Notes: generated by a model not told the origin, from the sequence alone. Counted from the stretch's first letter, positions 40,052 to 52,853 are shown. The stretch: DNA of 64,000 nucleotides from Octopus sinensis (GCF_006345805.1 NC_042999.1:128712001-128776000); one strand, 5' to 3'. Translations and numbers: made by a program.

Positions 40052-40124
40052 CGAGCTTGCCAGGATTCGAACCTGGAATCTTCTGATCCGTAGTCAGACG
40101 CGTTATCCATTGCGCCACAAGCCC
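40052..40124 (-). tRNA. tRNA-Arg (ACG)
   Basis: GGGCTTGTGGCGCAATGGATAACGCGTCTGACTACGGATCAGAAGATTCCAGGTTCGAATCCTGGCAAGCTCG; 73 nt, full cloverleaf, A and B boxes, anticodon ACG. Confidence 0.97.
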
Positions 40125-41524
40125 TGACTGATAGTGGAGGTGAAATTTAATGTATTTATTTTGTAATCAGCATTATATGGTGTCTAGAGAAAATATTTTT
40201 GGTTAATTTAATTTAATGAAGCAAATAGCACTGTTTCCCAGTGATTCCGTATTTTCATTAAATTTTTACCGCTTCTTTTTAAATGATTTTTTTCATCAGC
40301 AGAAAGATTGTTTATGGTCTGAACCTAAGTCAAGCTATCATTAAAAGTACTCCAAACCGTTATTTTCCTAGCCTTTTCTTTCAAAATTATCTAAAATTAC
40401 TTTATCCAAAAACTCCTTTTTCTTTTTAAAACTATGGGATGTGTCTAAGCACTTAGATTTCGTTTCTATTTGTGTAGTATCTCAAGCGTCCACATAAAGT
40501 CTTCCTCTTCGGCTGGTTTTTCACTAATAGTTTGGTATTCCGTGACTGCTGATTTTTTTTGTCGATGACTCTAAACCTCATGTTCATATTAAAATAATTG
40601 TATTTTATAATTATTCTCAGTAACTGTCCAACCATTTTATACATTATTATGTAATCTTTAGCCCCTTGTGGGCAATAAAGAAATATATACATTATTATGT
40701 AAAACTACCCTGACTACTGTCTCGGCCTGCTTGTTATAGTTTCAAGAGATTTTGTCGTTGTTGTTTTGTAAATTATTACATACTGTCATATTTAAACTAG
40801 TGTCCTCATCTTGTTACAGTCACGATGTTTTGCTTGATGTGTAACCTCTAGCCTTTTCCACGTGCCTGTCTTGGCATATTTACGTGACCCACCCCCACCC
40901 CACCCGCATAAATTTGTTTCCTCATAACTTAAAAATGAATATTTTTATATGAAATTCTCAACAAATAGCCTTCAAATTGCGAACATTGTGATTATATCGG
41001 ACTGAAAAAAAAAATAGAATAAAAAATTCAGTACCTTGTGACTATAAGAACCAAAATTATTTTTTTCCCTGTTTTAGACTGAATATTGTCTTCACGGATG
41101 TTATTGTTTAAAATTATTATATCCCTTTTGATGGGTGGTCTCATTCCAAAACTTTACTAAGCGGTATTTCCATCATGGGTTTTTCCAGTGAAAACACTCA
41201 ACATATTTATATATATTATTACTTACAATTTTAAATGATTGAATTACACTGGATGAAAGAGAATACCACATATATGGCGAAGTTTCGCATGTCGAAACTA
41301 TGCCCATATATTTATTAAAAGAGGAAGGAAATAACGTCATAGTTTTTTGTAACATAATTTACAAAAGTTAGAAAATACGTCATTGTGACGTCCATGCCTT
41401 TACTGAACTTAAGGGAAAAATCATACAATACTTGTCTCACTGGTAATTTTCGTCATATGATATTATTCTCTTTCTTACCACACACACACACGATAGCACA
41501 TACATATATACATATGCATATATA

Positions 41525-42243
41525 TATGAACCGCTACTAGATGAAAACGGCTCACCAACTGCGGACCTCCAGAGGATCAGTGAATTACTGAATGCACAAT
41601 ACAAGAGTGCTTTCAGCATACCGCTGGGGAAGCTACGAGTGACTGTGCCAGATAGGTTCTTTGACCCCGAAGACACACATTGTGAAATGGCAACTATTGA
41701 TAACATCAACATAGAGGAAATTGATGTGATATCAGCCATTAAAGAGCTGAGCTGGAACTCGGAAACGGACCCCGGTGAATTCCCTGCAATCCTCCTAAAG
41801 AAATGTAAAAGAGTTCTAGTTAAACCGCTTTAAATCCTTTTCCAGGACTCCCTCAGGATGGGCAAACTCCCCAAAAAACTAAAAGAGGGATTAATATGCC
41901 CTATCCATAAGGGAGAAAGCAGGGCAGAGGTAGGAATTATAGACCTGTCTCCCTAACCTCCCACGTCAGTAAAGTCATGGAGTGCATTGTCAGGAAAAGA
42001 CTGAGTTCCTTGAGGACAATGGCCTGCTCTCTAACACCCAACATAGCTTTCGCCCTGGAAGGAGCTGTCTTACACAGCTTCTGCGACACTATGACTGGGT
42101 ACTGAAGTAATTAATGAACTGCTCAAATGTGGATGTGGTATACCTTGACTTTGCAAAGGTATTTGACAATGATATGCCACAAAATACGGTAAAGTCGGAG
42201 AGTGGCTGCATGATTTCCTAAAGGACATGAGCCAAACTGTTCT
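41525..42243 (+). mobile_element. CR1/L2-group LINE ORF2 fragment (RT N-terminal half), degenerate
   Basis: AILLKKCKRVLVKPL*ILFQDSLRMGKLP..LICPIHKG..YRPVSLTSHVSKVMECIV..QHSFRPGRSCLTQLL..VDVVYLDFAK; frameshifts and stops. Confidence 0.88.
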
Positions 42244-45200
42244 TGTCTCGGACATGGTAATGTCTACCGGCGAGATCTCGTTCAAAATGGCGCTGGTTTC
42301 TTGTGACTCGCTACATGGGCTCCCCTCCCTGAGAACGCAAGAGCGAAATTAGAATGACTGGAGCTGGCACAAAAAAGAGCAAAGATAGCCACCGATCGCA
42401 AACAATAAGATGTTGTACAAAATGTGATAAGTCAAGACAAAATAATTACAATATAAAGGGCCTGCACAAAATTTTTGACAAAGTTCAATGGCAAGGCATT
42501 GGAATTGTTCAGCACACGAGAAAACAATTGTCTGTCACAGGAAAAAAGGTTGTTAAATGTAAATAGTTCTGGTGAGTTTTTTTGGCCAATGCCTGTCCTG
42601 GTGACATAGGTTTTGTTTGTGTCCAGGTGACATAGGGTTGTTTGTGGCGACGAAAGTGGAGGTGTAGGTGATGGTGTGGTCAAAGATGCATGTGTAGGTG
42701 GTTGTGAAGGATCAAAAATGGGCGTGGCTGGGGTGTCATCGAAGGGTGTGAGCACCTCAAAATGTGCCTTTTTAAGTCTGTCGACTGACACGGTCTCTGC
42801 CCGATCATTGATATCGAGACTAAAAGTTTTGGGTGTGCGCGATAGCACAGGAAATGGTCCTTTATAAGGAGAAACGAGCGGTCCTCTGACAGAATTATCC
42901 CGAACAAAAACATGAGTCCATTTGTCAATGTCCGGTGGGACGTGAGAGGGAATAGACTGATCACGCGGATGCATGGGTGGAAGACTCGAGAAATACGAAC
43001 GAAGTCTGGTGAAATACGACGTTGGATCAGGATGCGATTAATTGTCTGGTGCCAACATTGTACCGGGGAGTACCAGGATGGTACCGTAAAGAAATTCAGC
43101 AGAGGAGAAACCTACGTCTGTTTCAACAGCGGTGCGACAACCAAGAACGATAGGCAGGAATTCTGTCCAAGACTGAGTATCAGGAGTGGCGCGTAGAGCA
43201 GCCTTCAGTTGCCTGTGAAAACGTTCGACTATCCCGTTGGAAGCTGGATGGTAGCTGGTCGTACGAATGTGATGAACGCCTAGGATTCAGGATAATTCAC
43301 GAAATAATCCACGATCAGTGGTTATTTTAGCTGGGACACCAAAGCGAGCAATCCAGTTAGAAACGAAAGCTCGAGCAACTGACTCAACGGAAATGTCCAC
43401 TATTGGAATGGCTTCAGGCCAACGAGAGAAACGATCGACGCATGTCAATATGTAAGAGAAACCGCGACTAACAGGCCATGGTCCAACCTGATCAATGTGG
43501 ACATGGCGAAAGCGAGTCTCCGGCAGAGAAAACTGTCAAAGAGGAGCGCGAATGTGCCTGTGGATTTTAGAACGCTGGCATTTCACACAAGAGCGTGCCC
43601 AAGCGGTGATCATGCGGCGCATATTAAGCCAGAAAAACCGAGCTGTAATATACTTCACCGAGGCAGCGATGCCAGGATGTAACAGAGAATGCAAGGCATC
43701 AAAAACAGAACGCTGATGGTTCGCAGGTACAAATGGTTTGGGAAAACCAGTGACTGTGTCACAAATCTTTGTGACGGAAGTGGAAGATAGGCAAAGTTGC
43801 AATAGGACAACTTGGTGGAAGTTAGATCTAATGTGTCCAGAGCTGGTTAATCCTGGGCAATGGCAGTTCGATTGCAGCAGGAGATGAAAGAGAACACACA
43901 GGGAGACGAGAGAATACGTCAGCAGGCACGTTCTCTGTTTCAGGTATATGCCGAATGTCACTCATGAACTGGGAAACGTAGTCCAGGTGAAGAAAAGCAC
44001 GAGGCGAGTGCTTGTCCGATTTAAATGACAGAGCAAACGTAAGAGGCTTGTGATCAGTATGAATCACATAATGTCGGCCCTCGAGTTGATGTTGAAAATG
44101 ACGAACCGACAGGTAGATCGCTAAGAGTTCACGATCAAACATACTGTAACGACGCTCAGCTGGCTTTAATTGACGAGAAAAAATGCCAAAGGTCGAATTT
44201 GATTGTCGACGGTAGGTTGCGAAACAGTACCAACCGCAGAATCCAATGCATCAACTGTTAAAGAGAGACGAGCATCAGGAACCTGATGTACAAGCAAAGG
44301 AACAGAAGCTATTTCCTTCTTGGTTGACTCAAAACAAGATAATGCTTCGGCAAATAGAGTGATAGGATATTTTTTTTTTTTTGCGTTTGCTTTCAATAGT
44401 TGAGTCAAGGGAAGTAACTTGTCTGCACATTTATGTATGAACCTCCTGTAAAAGTTGACAGTTCCCAAGAAGTGACGCAGTTGGCGTAAGGAAGTGGGAG
44501 GTGAGATGCGTTGAATTTCATCGACTTTAGAGAAGAGTGGTCGGATACCATTAGAGTCGATATAATGACCTAGGAATTCCTGAGAGGTCTGTCCGAAAAC
44601 ACATTTATCGGGGTTGATTCGCACATTGTAGGTGTGAAGATGCTGAAAAAGTTGAGATAAGTCTTGGAGATGATTTTCACGCGTGTCGCTAGCTATGAGC
44701 AAATCATCGACGTAAGCGAACACAAAGTCAAGTCCATGGACAACTTCGTCAATAAACCTCTGGAATGTGCTCGTTGCATTCTGCAAACCGAAGCTCATGA
44801 ACAGGAACTCGAAACTTCCAAAGGGGGTGGTAAAGGCAGTTTTGGGGATGTCTTCAGAGTCCATTGGAATTTGATAAGCTCAGATGAGGTCAACCTTGGA
44901 AAAAATAGTACAACCATACAAGTTTGAAGAAAAATCTTGGAGATTCCTTGTAGGATAGCGATCGGGAACAGTGATCGCATTCAAGCATCTGTAATCCCCC
45001 ACCGTGCGAAAATCTGAATTCCCTTCCCGTGCCAAATGTAGAGGAGATGTCCAAGGGCTGGTAGACGGGCGAATAAGGCCGAGTTAAAGCATATGCTCCA
45101 ACTCAGATCGAGTCTTTTTGAGCCGATCAGGATCGAGTCGCTGTGGACGCGAAAAGACGAGTGGTCCAGAAGTAGTGATATAAGTCGAGTGTGTGACTTT

Positions 45201-46272
45201 GACTGATTTTAAAGTCGGATCTACCAGCTCTGGGAAAGAAACCAAAAGGGAGCGGAACTGGTCACCAGCAGTAGCGACAAAAAATGACGGGCTGAAAACA
45301 GCATTAGTAGTAATCTGAGTAGGCGTAAACAAAGACATAGAATCGTCCACGAGTCTCTGTCGCCTGACATCTACTAGTAAGTGAAAGTGGTTTAAGAAGT
45401 CCGCGCCCAGAATAGGGCATGGTAAATCTGCTATAACAAAGACCCACCTAAAATCCCTTCGAAGGTTGAGATCTAGGTGTAATGAGACCTGACCGTAAGT
45501 TTTTATCGGGGATAGATTCACCGCGTGCAGGTTAATGGCAGATTTCTTCGGCTTGTCTGAAGTAAGACGCAAAGGCCAAATAGAACAGCTGGATCCGGTA
45601 TCAACTATAAACGATTCGTTAGATACACGATCCTTAACAAAGAATGCACGATGAGATGAAAAATTGCGGGAAGAATTTGACGTGCCCAAATCTTCCGTAA
45701 CTAGTTTCCCGACAGCTTGAGCGAACAGGGCTGGATGCATCGACGGGCTTTGTCCTTAAATGTGTCATGGTACCAGCAGAGATTGGAAACCGTTGAAGTA
45801 GAACTAGACGACCGTGACTTAGAACGGCTTCTGCTGCGAGGACGGCGAGAGTTGACGTGTTCTCGCCACAATGTGTCCATGCGACGTGCAAATGCATCGA
45901 CTCTCTCCAAAATGTCGTCATGGAACGAGGTAGAAAACTTTGTGGTAGTAGAGGAAACTACTACGGGGTCCGAAAAGGTATGGTGAGGTGCAGGCTGCAC
46001 AGTAAACTCTATGATCTTGTCCCCCATGGTGGTTATCTGATCGAGCGAATTGGAGTCGGCTGTTGTGGCCAGTATGGATTGGACATTCAGTGGTAGCCGA
46101 GAGAAAAACAATTTCCTAAGCAGAGGATTGTCCTCAAGTGGAGTGTCGCTGAGTTCACGCAAACGACGAAGAAATTCAGATGACGTCCTATCTCCCAGGT
46201 GTTCATCCTGCATAAGTGTCCGGAATGTACTTTCCGCGGATTGTGTGTTCCGACGGAGAACCTCTCGTTTTA
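42244..46272 (-). mobile_element. Ty3/gypsy LTR retrotransposon, CsRn1 clade, degenerate and truncated at both ends
   Basis: gag (LGDRTSSEFLRRL, CWYH..C..C) 45701..46270; protease FIVDTGS; RT KTAFTTPFG/YVDD; RNase H FDRELLAIY/TDHKPL; integrase [21 protein letters not shown]-like tail; PPT AGGGAGGGGAG then 3' LTR start TGTAG at 42315. Confidence 0.95.
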
Positions 46273-46859
46273 ATTTATTAGCCTTGTTTATCAAATTTAA
46301 GACTAGTGAGTAGTGTCTGTTAGAAAAGGGCATGGAGGAGTTGACAGAATCACAGAGGGTATAGTCATATAACTTGTCAAGATTATTTTGAAGTAGTATA
46401 AAGTAACTGGCTATACGGACAGTTTGAATCTGCAATTTGTTTCTGTGTAAATTTTCAAAATAATTATCAGATGAAAAGGTGTGCGATTTTAGCTGTTGCT
46501 TCTAGCACATCCCACGACCACTTAGTACCTTCTCGTTTCTTTGTCACTGTAACATGTATTAATGTTTTTCAATATTTTCTTTCCCGTAAACTCATTTTAT
46601 GGAATGATGTTGCTGCCATCCATTGTTGGGATTTAAGCAACGACAAAAAATTTTGTAATTTAAATTTTTAACCCCTACCCCGCATCAACTGAGGCCGTGT
46701 GTGTGTGTATGTAAGAAAAAGCATATTTACTAATAAGAAAAGTATGCTATTAAATCATCTTATCGGTAATTTCCTGTTTTATGTTCATAAAATCATACTG
46801 ATTCAAAAAGTTTATTTCAATAAAACATTTCGTAATTATAAGTGGTACGCACTGCCAAC

Positions 46860-48170
46860 AGTAAGTAAAAAGCAAGGAAAAATGTTAAATTTATTCTGAA
46901 ATGAGTTTCGCCAAATAAACTAGCGCAGATAGCTTAGGAAGAGCACAACTTTGTTTCCCAATTGGTGTCGAATTTTCCGTTTTGCACGCATCCATAAATC
47001 TCTCTATATATAAACGGCAGTTTGTCTGTGCGTGTTTCTGTGTGTCTGTTTGCTTGTACCCTCACCCTGACCACGGCTTTCAACCGATTCTGATGAAACT
47101 TGACACACACATACCCCAATGTCATAATTCAAAACTAACGCAGCGAAAATTTTGAAAAGTTCCCCCAGTTCTGAAAAAAATCGATAAATTCGACATGGGG
47201 TCGAGAATCAGAAACACAAACCACAAACTGTGTAGGGGACGCAACTCCACCTTTTTTAACTATCAAAAAAACAATTACCATCATTTTTTTCCATTTTTTT
47301 GCTGTTTTTTGGCTATAACTCTCTAAAAATGCTTTATAGTTATTTCCCTTACAAACCTGAGCAACGCCGGGCGATACTGATAGTTCTCTATATTTTGAGT
47401 ATGTACATCCGCATCCTGGGAATCCATAAAATTCTGTTCGTGAACAATAACAGAATGCATATAAATGTCATTGACCCAGTGGTGAATATTGTTGAGGAGC
47501 GCCAGCCATCGCTAAAGATAGTGCAAGGCAAAACCCACAGAACTGTGATTACGCGCAAAGTGTTCTCACTGTGGTCCGGAACTTACTTGAAAAAACACTT
47601 TCCAGATTGTCTTTCTTTCCACGCCATCAAAAATCCCAATGACCTCCTCGTCGCTGACTCCGGTGATATTTTCGATGAAAGTACTTCGACTCATCCACCT
47701 CCACGACGATCGGCTCGTTGTTACCGTCAATCCATCCAATCTGCTGAGGATTGTCATCTAAGCATGTTTCACACAACCCATGGCAGAAATTTCACCAATC
47801 AACACATATTCTTGTTGCACCGAACCTCACGAGAAATGATGTCTTTCTGAGAGAAGTCGTATGTCCAACAATATGGTAGAAAGGTGACAGTGTACAAACT
47901 GAGCTGACTGGTTTCGAGCCAACTGCCTTGACAATGCTCGCTTTCTTTCTGCGCGTATTGCAGTCCCACGTTTTACCGTCGTTAATGATTCCTCTATTTA
48001 TACGATCAACTTCACGTTGCACGCTGGGCACATGGCACACCAAGCAATACAAGTCGCTGACAAAGATCGAGCCAGGGTAGTAATTCTATGCCTTTCATTG
48101 ATAATCTGCTGATCTGTATTTCGTTAGGATTCACCAAAAAAAAAAACGAAGACCGGCAGGGTATCCACGG
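46860..48170 (-). pseudogene. Merlin (IS1595/ISXO2-like DDE) transposase pseudogene, split by a Helitron
   Basis: IVVEVDESKYFHRKYHR..GVERK..VPDHSENTL..VLP..IFSDGWR..VHEQNF..DVHTQNIE / NLWMRAKRKIR..SYL..FIWRN. Confidence 0.88.
46999..47383 (+). mobile_element. Non-autonomous Helitron
   Basis: 5' TC(TCTCTATATATAAA), 3' GC hairpin CCTGAGCAACGCCGGG and (C>A)TAG end; inserted between A and T with no TSD; 3' ~70 nt shared with 56091..56611. Confidence 0.85.
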
Positions 48171-48446
48171 GACATGCTAATCGAGTTGAAACGAAACTGA
48201 AAATAAAACATTCGATTTTTTATATGCCTTTTTTAATCACTCTCTTGCCCTAATGAAATTTCTGACACACATGCATACGAGCAATGAGAGAGTTGTCGAT
48301 CTAAAAGTCGACTTATTTCTCGTAGACAATTATATATCTTTTTATATTATTATCATTCATGGAGAAACTTTTCTTTGCAATACAGATTTCAAAAATCAAA
48401 TTCGTTTTTCTGGAGGACGCACAGTTTCAGAGCCTTTCGGGACATA

Positions 48447-48519
<73 letters not shown>

Positions 48520-48726
48520 GGAATATTATTCCAAACTTACAGGAAAAAATTCAATTTAGAAATACTAAGTTAAATTTCACAAAATATAATATATATATAA
48601 ATTAGAAAAAAAACATTTAAGATTTTATTTAGATGTTTATTAAATTAATTAATTAATTAATAATTTAATTTAATGTATATAGTTTAAATCATAGTATTTA
48701 GTTTTCAATTAATGTATATTTTGTAT

Positions 48727-48790
<64 letters not shown>

Positions 48791-48929
48791 ATATATTTGT
48801 TTTAAATTTTTTATTAATTTTATCTTATTTTTTAAACAAGAATATATTTGTTAAGATATTTCGTACTTTACAAGACTATCTACATATATTTATTAATTTA
48901 TCTAATTAATGATTTATTGTTGTTATCTT

Positions 48930-49029
48930 TAACCTGAAGAGTGGCATATTTATATTGAAGTGATTTTACTACTACTATTATTATTACTATTATCATTTCT
49001 TAAATATAGCCACGAAACACGTGTCGTTA
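48930..49029 (+). ncRNA. Type I hammerhead ribozyme (Penelope/retrozyme type)
   Basis: Stem I TAAC/GTTA; CTGAAGA 48934-40; stem II GTGGC/GCCAC extended by ATATTTA/TAAATAT and GAAGTGAT/ATCATTTC; GAAA 49014-17; stem III C-ACGT-G; GTC cleavage triplet ending at 49025. Confidence 0.8.
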
Positions 49030-49189
49030 TTCTACCAAATATATACGTTTTATTTATTATTTTGCACATTACTTAATCATTGTTATATGTTTTATCATAT
49101 ATTTAATCTTTCTATAATATGTAATTTTTCTAAATGGTATAATTTAATTTTTCATTATTGAATTGATAAAAGATGTTTTTTTCAAATTC

Positions 49190-49247
49190 ATATATGTATG
49201 TATGTATGTATATGTATATGCATATGTACATGTATATATATATATAC

Positions 49248-49319
<72 letters not shown>

Positions 49320-49382
49320 TATATATATATATATGCATAAATATATTAATAAATGGAGTCTAACTATCTATCTATCTATCTA

Positions 49383-49451
<69 letters not shown>

Positions 49452-49630
49452 TCACACTCCAGCAGAGGTACTCGGCGTTGCCAGGGAATGAAAGTTTTTT
49501 TTTCCTTACATATTGGAAGGAAAAAGCAAAATATGTTGTATAGAAATTTGTTATTCTAAATTCAATTTATTCTTTAATTTGGAATTCATGAAAAAAAAAA
49601 AAAAAAAAAAAAAAATAAAAAAAAAAAAAA

Positions 49631-49660
<30 letters not shown>
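49190..49660. repeat. Compound microsatellites (TA)n, (CA)n, (TC)n, poly-A, (AAT)n
   Basis: Visible directly; further (TA)n tracts at 1977-2048, 3227-3298, 48444-48515, 48729-48795. Confidence 0.9.
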
Positions 49661-49663
<3 letters not shown>

Positions 49664-50514
49664 CAAAAATACAAAGTCTACCACTTATGAAAGGAGATAA
49701 ATTCTACCACATATGTTGAAGGAAATTATGTAAGAGCCTCTGGGTAAACAATATTCTTTGTTTTCTGGTTTAGAGCATAGACAAATAAGTCTTGCAAACT
49801 ACTTACGCTGGAGTAACTAACATAAAGTTGACCGTGAGAAAAGTAAGACAGCAAATTTCAAAGACTGACCTTGAGCTTTATTAATAGACATTGCAAAAAA
49901 AAAAGTCGCACTGGGAATTGTGTTCATTTGAACTCAAATATCTCATCCTTTCATCCTTTCGGGGTCGATAAATTAAGTACCAGTTGAGTACTGAGATCGA
50001 TCTAATCGACTGGCCCCTCCCACCAAATTTCGAGCCTTGTACCTAGAGTAGAAAAAAAAAGTTATATGTTTTAGTGAAGCACGAAATCGAAACCTTACAG
50101 CTTTTATTACTAGGCCCAGTACACACTTGAGTCAGGTGACGTGTCCTGATTACCGTACAATCAGATTGTAGAAATAAGTGAGATTATTATCATTATCTCG
50201 CCTATCTTTGTCTCTAGAAACGACTTCCCTGCCTCTAGAAACGACATCAATGTCTTCTAGAAATTCGTTATCATCATCATGACTGATAATATTCGTCGTC
50301 AGTATGGCATTCAAAGTCATGACTAAACTATTTAAGAAGCTTATGTTTATCGATGTTAACATAAAGAAGGAAAATACTGAATAATCAGCAATTTTTAATC
50401 TGATAAGTACCAACCGACCACCACCGAAATCTGTGTTCACTGTTCTATGTAGAGAATTATAACTAACAGTTTCAAGAATATGAGAGTAGCTCCCCACCCA
50501 CCATCACCACCACA

Positions 50515-51110
50515 AGTCATTGGAAATTATAGTTCCTGGAAGAACCAACTGACGTGTACATTCCTCTAGTATGTCGTGATTCCAACATGGTACTGCATTA
50601 AGAAAATATCTCTGGCCTCGTGGCACACTCTTCTAAAGGCCCACTGTTCAGGTAGTAAGTACCTTTCCTCAGTTGTATTTACGTCCGAGGAAGTCTGTTT
50701 AGCCCATTTCAACAATCTTCCCAGGTTCGCCTATCTGGACCGGGTTGCAGAGCAGGTCCCCCGCATATATTTCACGAACATAGCTGTTGTAATCAACAAC
50801 TGTACAGTAGCTCATCCCCAGTTCTTCAACACAAAAACTAAACTGAAGTCGATTCCTTGACTCATAAGTAAAGAAAAAGCAGTTCAGTCCTAAGAGGAAG
50901 GGTACCACCTTTGGACCATATATCTTTTCTAATAGATAAACATTCATTGCATCCTTTTCAGGAGCACCGCCAGTAAATTTTTCCGCAAAGTATCTTGTTC
51001 ATAATGTGTCATTTTGTACATAATTTTCTTCTAGGGATAACACCCATCTCTTGGAAGAAACTGCATCTTCTTCGGTTTTCAATTTCTCCATCATACTCGA
51101 CATTAGGTTG
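50515..51110 (-). pseudogene. Second Merlin transposase pseudogene (different subfamily)
   Basis: LKTEEDAV..EMGVIPRRKLC..; FCVEELGMSYCTVVDYNSYVREI..NPVQIGEPGKIVEM..RKYN*GK..; LVLPGTIIS; multiple stops and frameshifts. Confidence 0.82.
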
Positions 51111-51480
51111 AAAAGGTCTAGGAAAACACACAGTTCAAAGTTAAGAAAATGTGGTAGTGACAGAACAGTAACCGAAGAAAACCGTTTCTCAAAAAAAGAA
51201 AAAGAAAAGAACAGAGGTGAAAACGACAAAAAATGCAATATTACAAGCGACTTCACAAGTTTGTCTTAAACATCCATGTTTGTTTTGAGACGTTTTATAC
51301 AATCTGATTAATATAAAGATTTCCTTTCACGTGACCCAAGATACTCTGGTAATTAAAAGAGAAATGGAAATGTGCATAATACATGACATATGGACGCCAG
51401 GGAAATATGTCCTGTGCATCACATGTGATACACAGGCAAAGGGTTAGATATTGTCGTTCTCACAAAATGGTAATGTTGGA

Positions 51481-51618
51481 TAAAAATTTGGCGGAGTTTT
51501 GCACTAGCTCGCCTGCATAAGTTGGATATCCCCGTTTTGATGGAGAATTTTCAAAATTGTTTTCCCCTTGACGTCAACCGGCAATGAACTGATAGCGGCC
51601 AGTCAGGCCCCTGTATTT

Positions 51619-51649
<31 letters not shown>

Positions 51650-52433
51650 TTGAGTGGGAAGCGAAGGAATGGTAGGTAAAATTCTGTTTGATGGGAAATA
51701 TGTCGATTTGTTTTATTTTTGTTTTTTTTATGCGGAGTCAAGCAAGATTAATAATCAAAGTTAATATGAATTTCAATAAATTTCACTCTCTCTCTCAATT
51801 ATTTCATACCAACATCTGCTACCAGTCATTTGTATGCAGTACTCAAATGAGAGAACATCTATTTCATTAGCAAGAAAGTGAATTTTGGAAACAGTATCTA
51901 CTTTTTATTTAAACAATTGAAGAACAATTTAGATATGGAAGTTCCAATGATGATAGATATTTTGAAATTAGACCCGGAAAATATTCACCATCCCCGCAAA
52001 TTCATAAATTCGGGGTAAATATAGTTGCACTGTTGTTTTTAAATTCATATATTTTTTTGCGTTGAATGGAAAAAGTTTCTTTTTTTTAATTACGTTTCAT
52101 TTGTGTTGTCAAAAAAAGAAGTAAAAAGGGTGATCACTGTCCTGAGGGCAGGGGAGGCGGGTGACGTTAAAGACTTACGAATTTTTATGGATTTCAAATT
52201 TCAAAAGGTTTCCCCACATCGTCTTGAAGTGCGTAGTGAAAAAAGGAATGAAAAATCCACCGAGAGGACTCTTTTGATGGGAGTGGGGATATGATAAAAT
52301 CACAGATTTTCAAAATTTTTGTTTTTTCATAAAAGGCTTTCTGCATGGTTAAAAAAAAATGAAAATTCTCCGTCGAAACGGAGAAAATCCGATTTATGTG
52401 GATGAGCTATTCCGAAACTCCACCGAAATTTTA
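51481..52433. mobile_element. Degenerate TIR element (~70-bp imperfect inverted ends)
   Basis: AAAATTTGGCGGAGTTTT...GATGGAGAATTTTC versus GAAAATTCTCCGTCG...GAAACTCCACCGAAATTTT; related end sequence also at about 57530..57585. Confidence 0.55.
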
Positions 52434-52524
52434 ACTCCTTTCCAACTTTCACTGCCGTTCAATGAGGGCCTCGCTCAGCTTTGAGAAACGCTGCATTAGC
52501 AGCAGCAACAGTAGCAGTAGAAGT

Positions 52525-52853
52525 AGTTGATGAAGAGGAGACCCCCTTCGGTCATGAATGACCATGGGATTGCACCTAGACAGTTACCCTCTGAGGCACA
52601 AGTCCGGGCAAGGTTGTTTGTGGAAGACCAGCAGTCGCCCATGCACACCAGCCTCCCCTCTCCACACCACTGATGTTGTCCAAGGGAAGGCAAAGACCGA
52701 TACAGCTTGGCACCAGTGATGTCGCAACCCATTTCTACAGCTGAGTTAACGTGAAATAAAGTGTCTTGCTCAAGAACACAACACACAGCCCAATCGAACT
52801 CACAACCTCACAATCGTAAGCTCGACGCTCTAACCACTGATCCATGCGCCTTC
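52525..52853 (-). mobile_element. tRNA-derived SINE (third family)
   Basis: Minus-strand head GAAGGCGCATGGATCAGTGGTTAGAGCG...GAGTTCGATT with A and B boxes, followed by TTCTTGAGCAAGACACTTTA. Confidence 0.75.

Noticed and set aside
46273-46435. N-terminal part of the 244-aa gag ORF in the track
   Set aside because: AT-rich flanking repeat sequence read through by chance; gag similarity starts near KLKREVLRR
47299-47850. 183-aa + strand ORF
   Set aside because: Antisense shadow of the Merlin transposase pseudogene plus the Helitron end
50515-51110. IS1595-like transposase as bacterial contamination or recent horizontal transfer
   Set aside because: Degenerate, AT-rich and interleaved with host SINEs; matches the eukaryotic Merlin superfamily
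52780-52853. tRNA-like sequences at SINE heads
   Set aside because: A and B boxes only; no acceptor stem or complete cloverleaf, and they continue into SINE bodies
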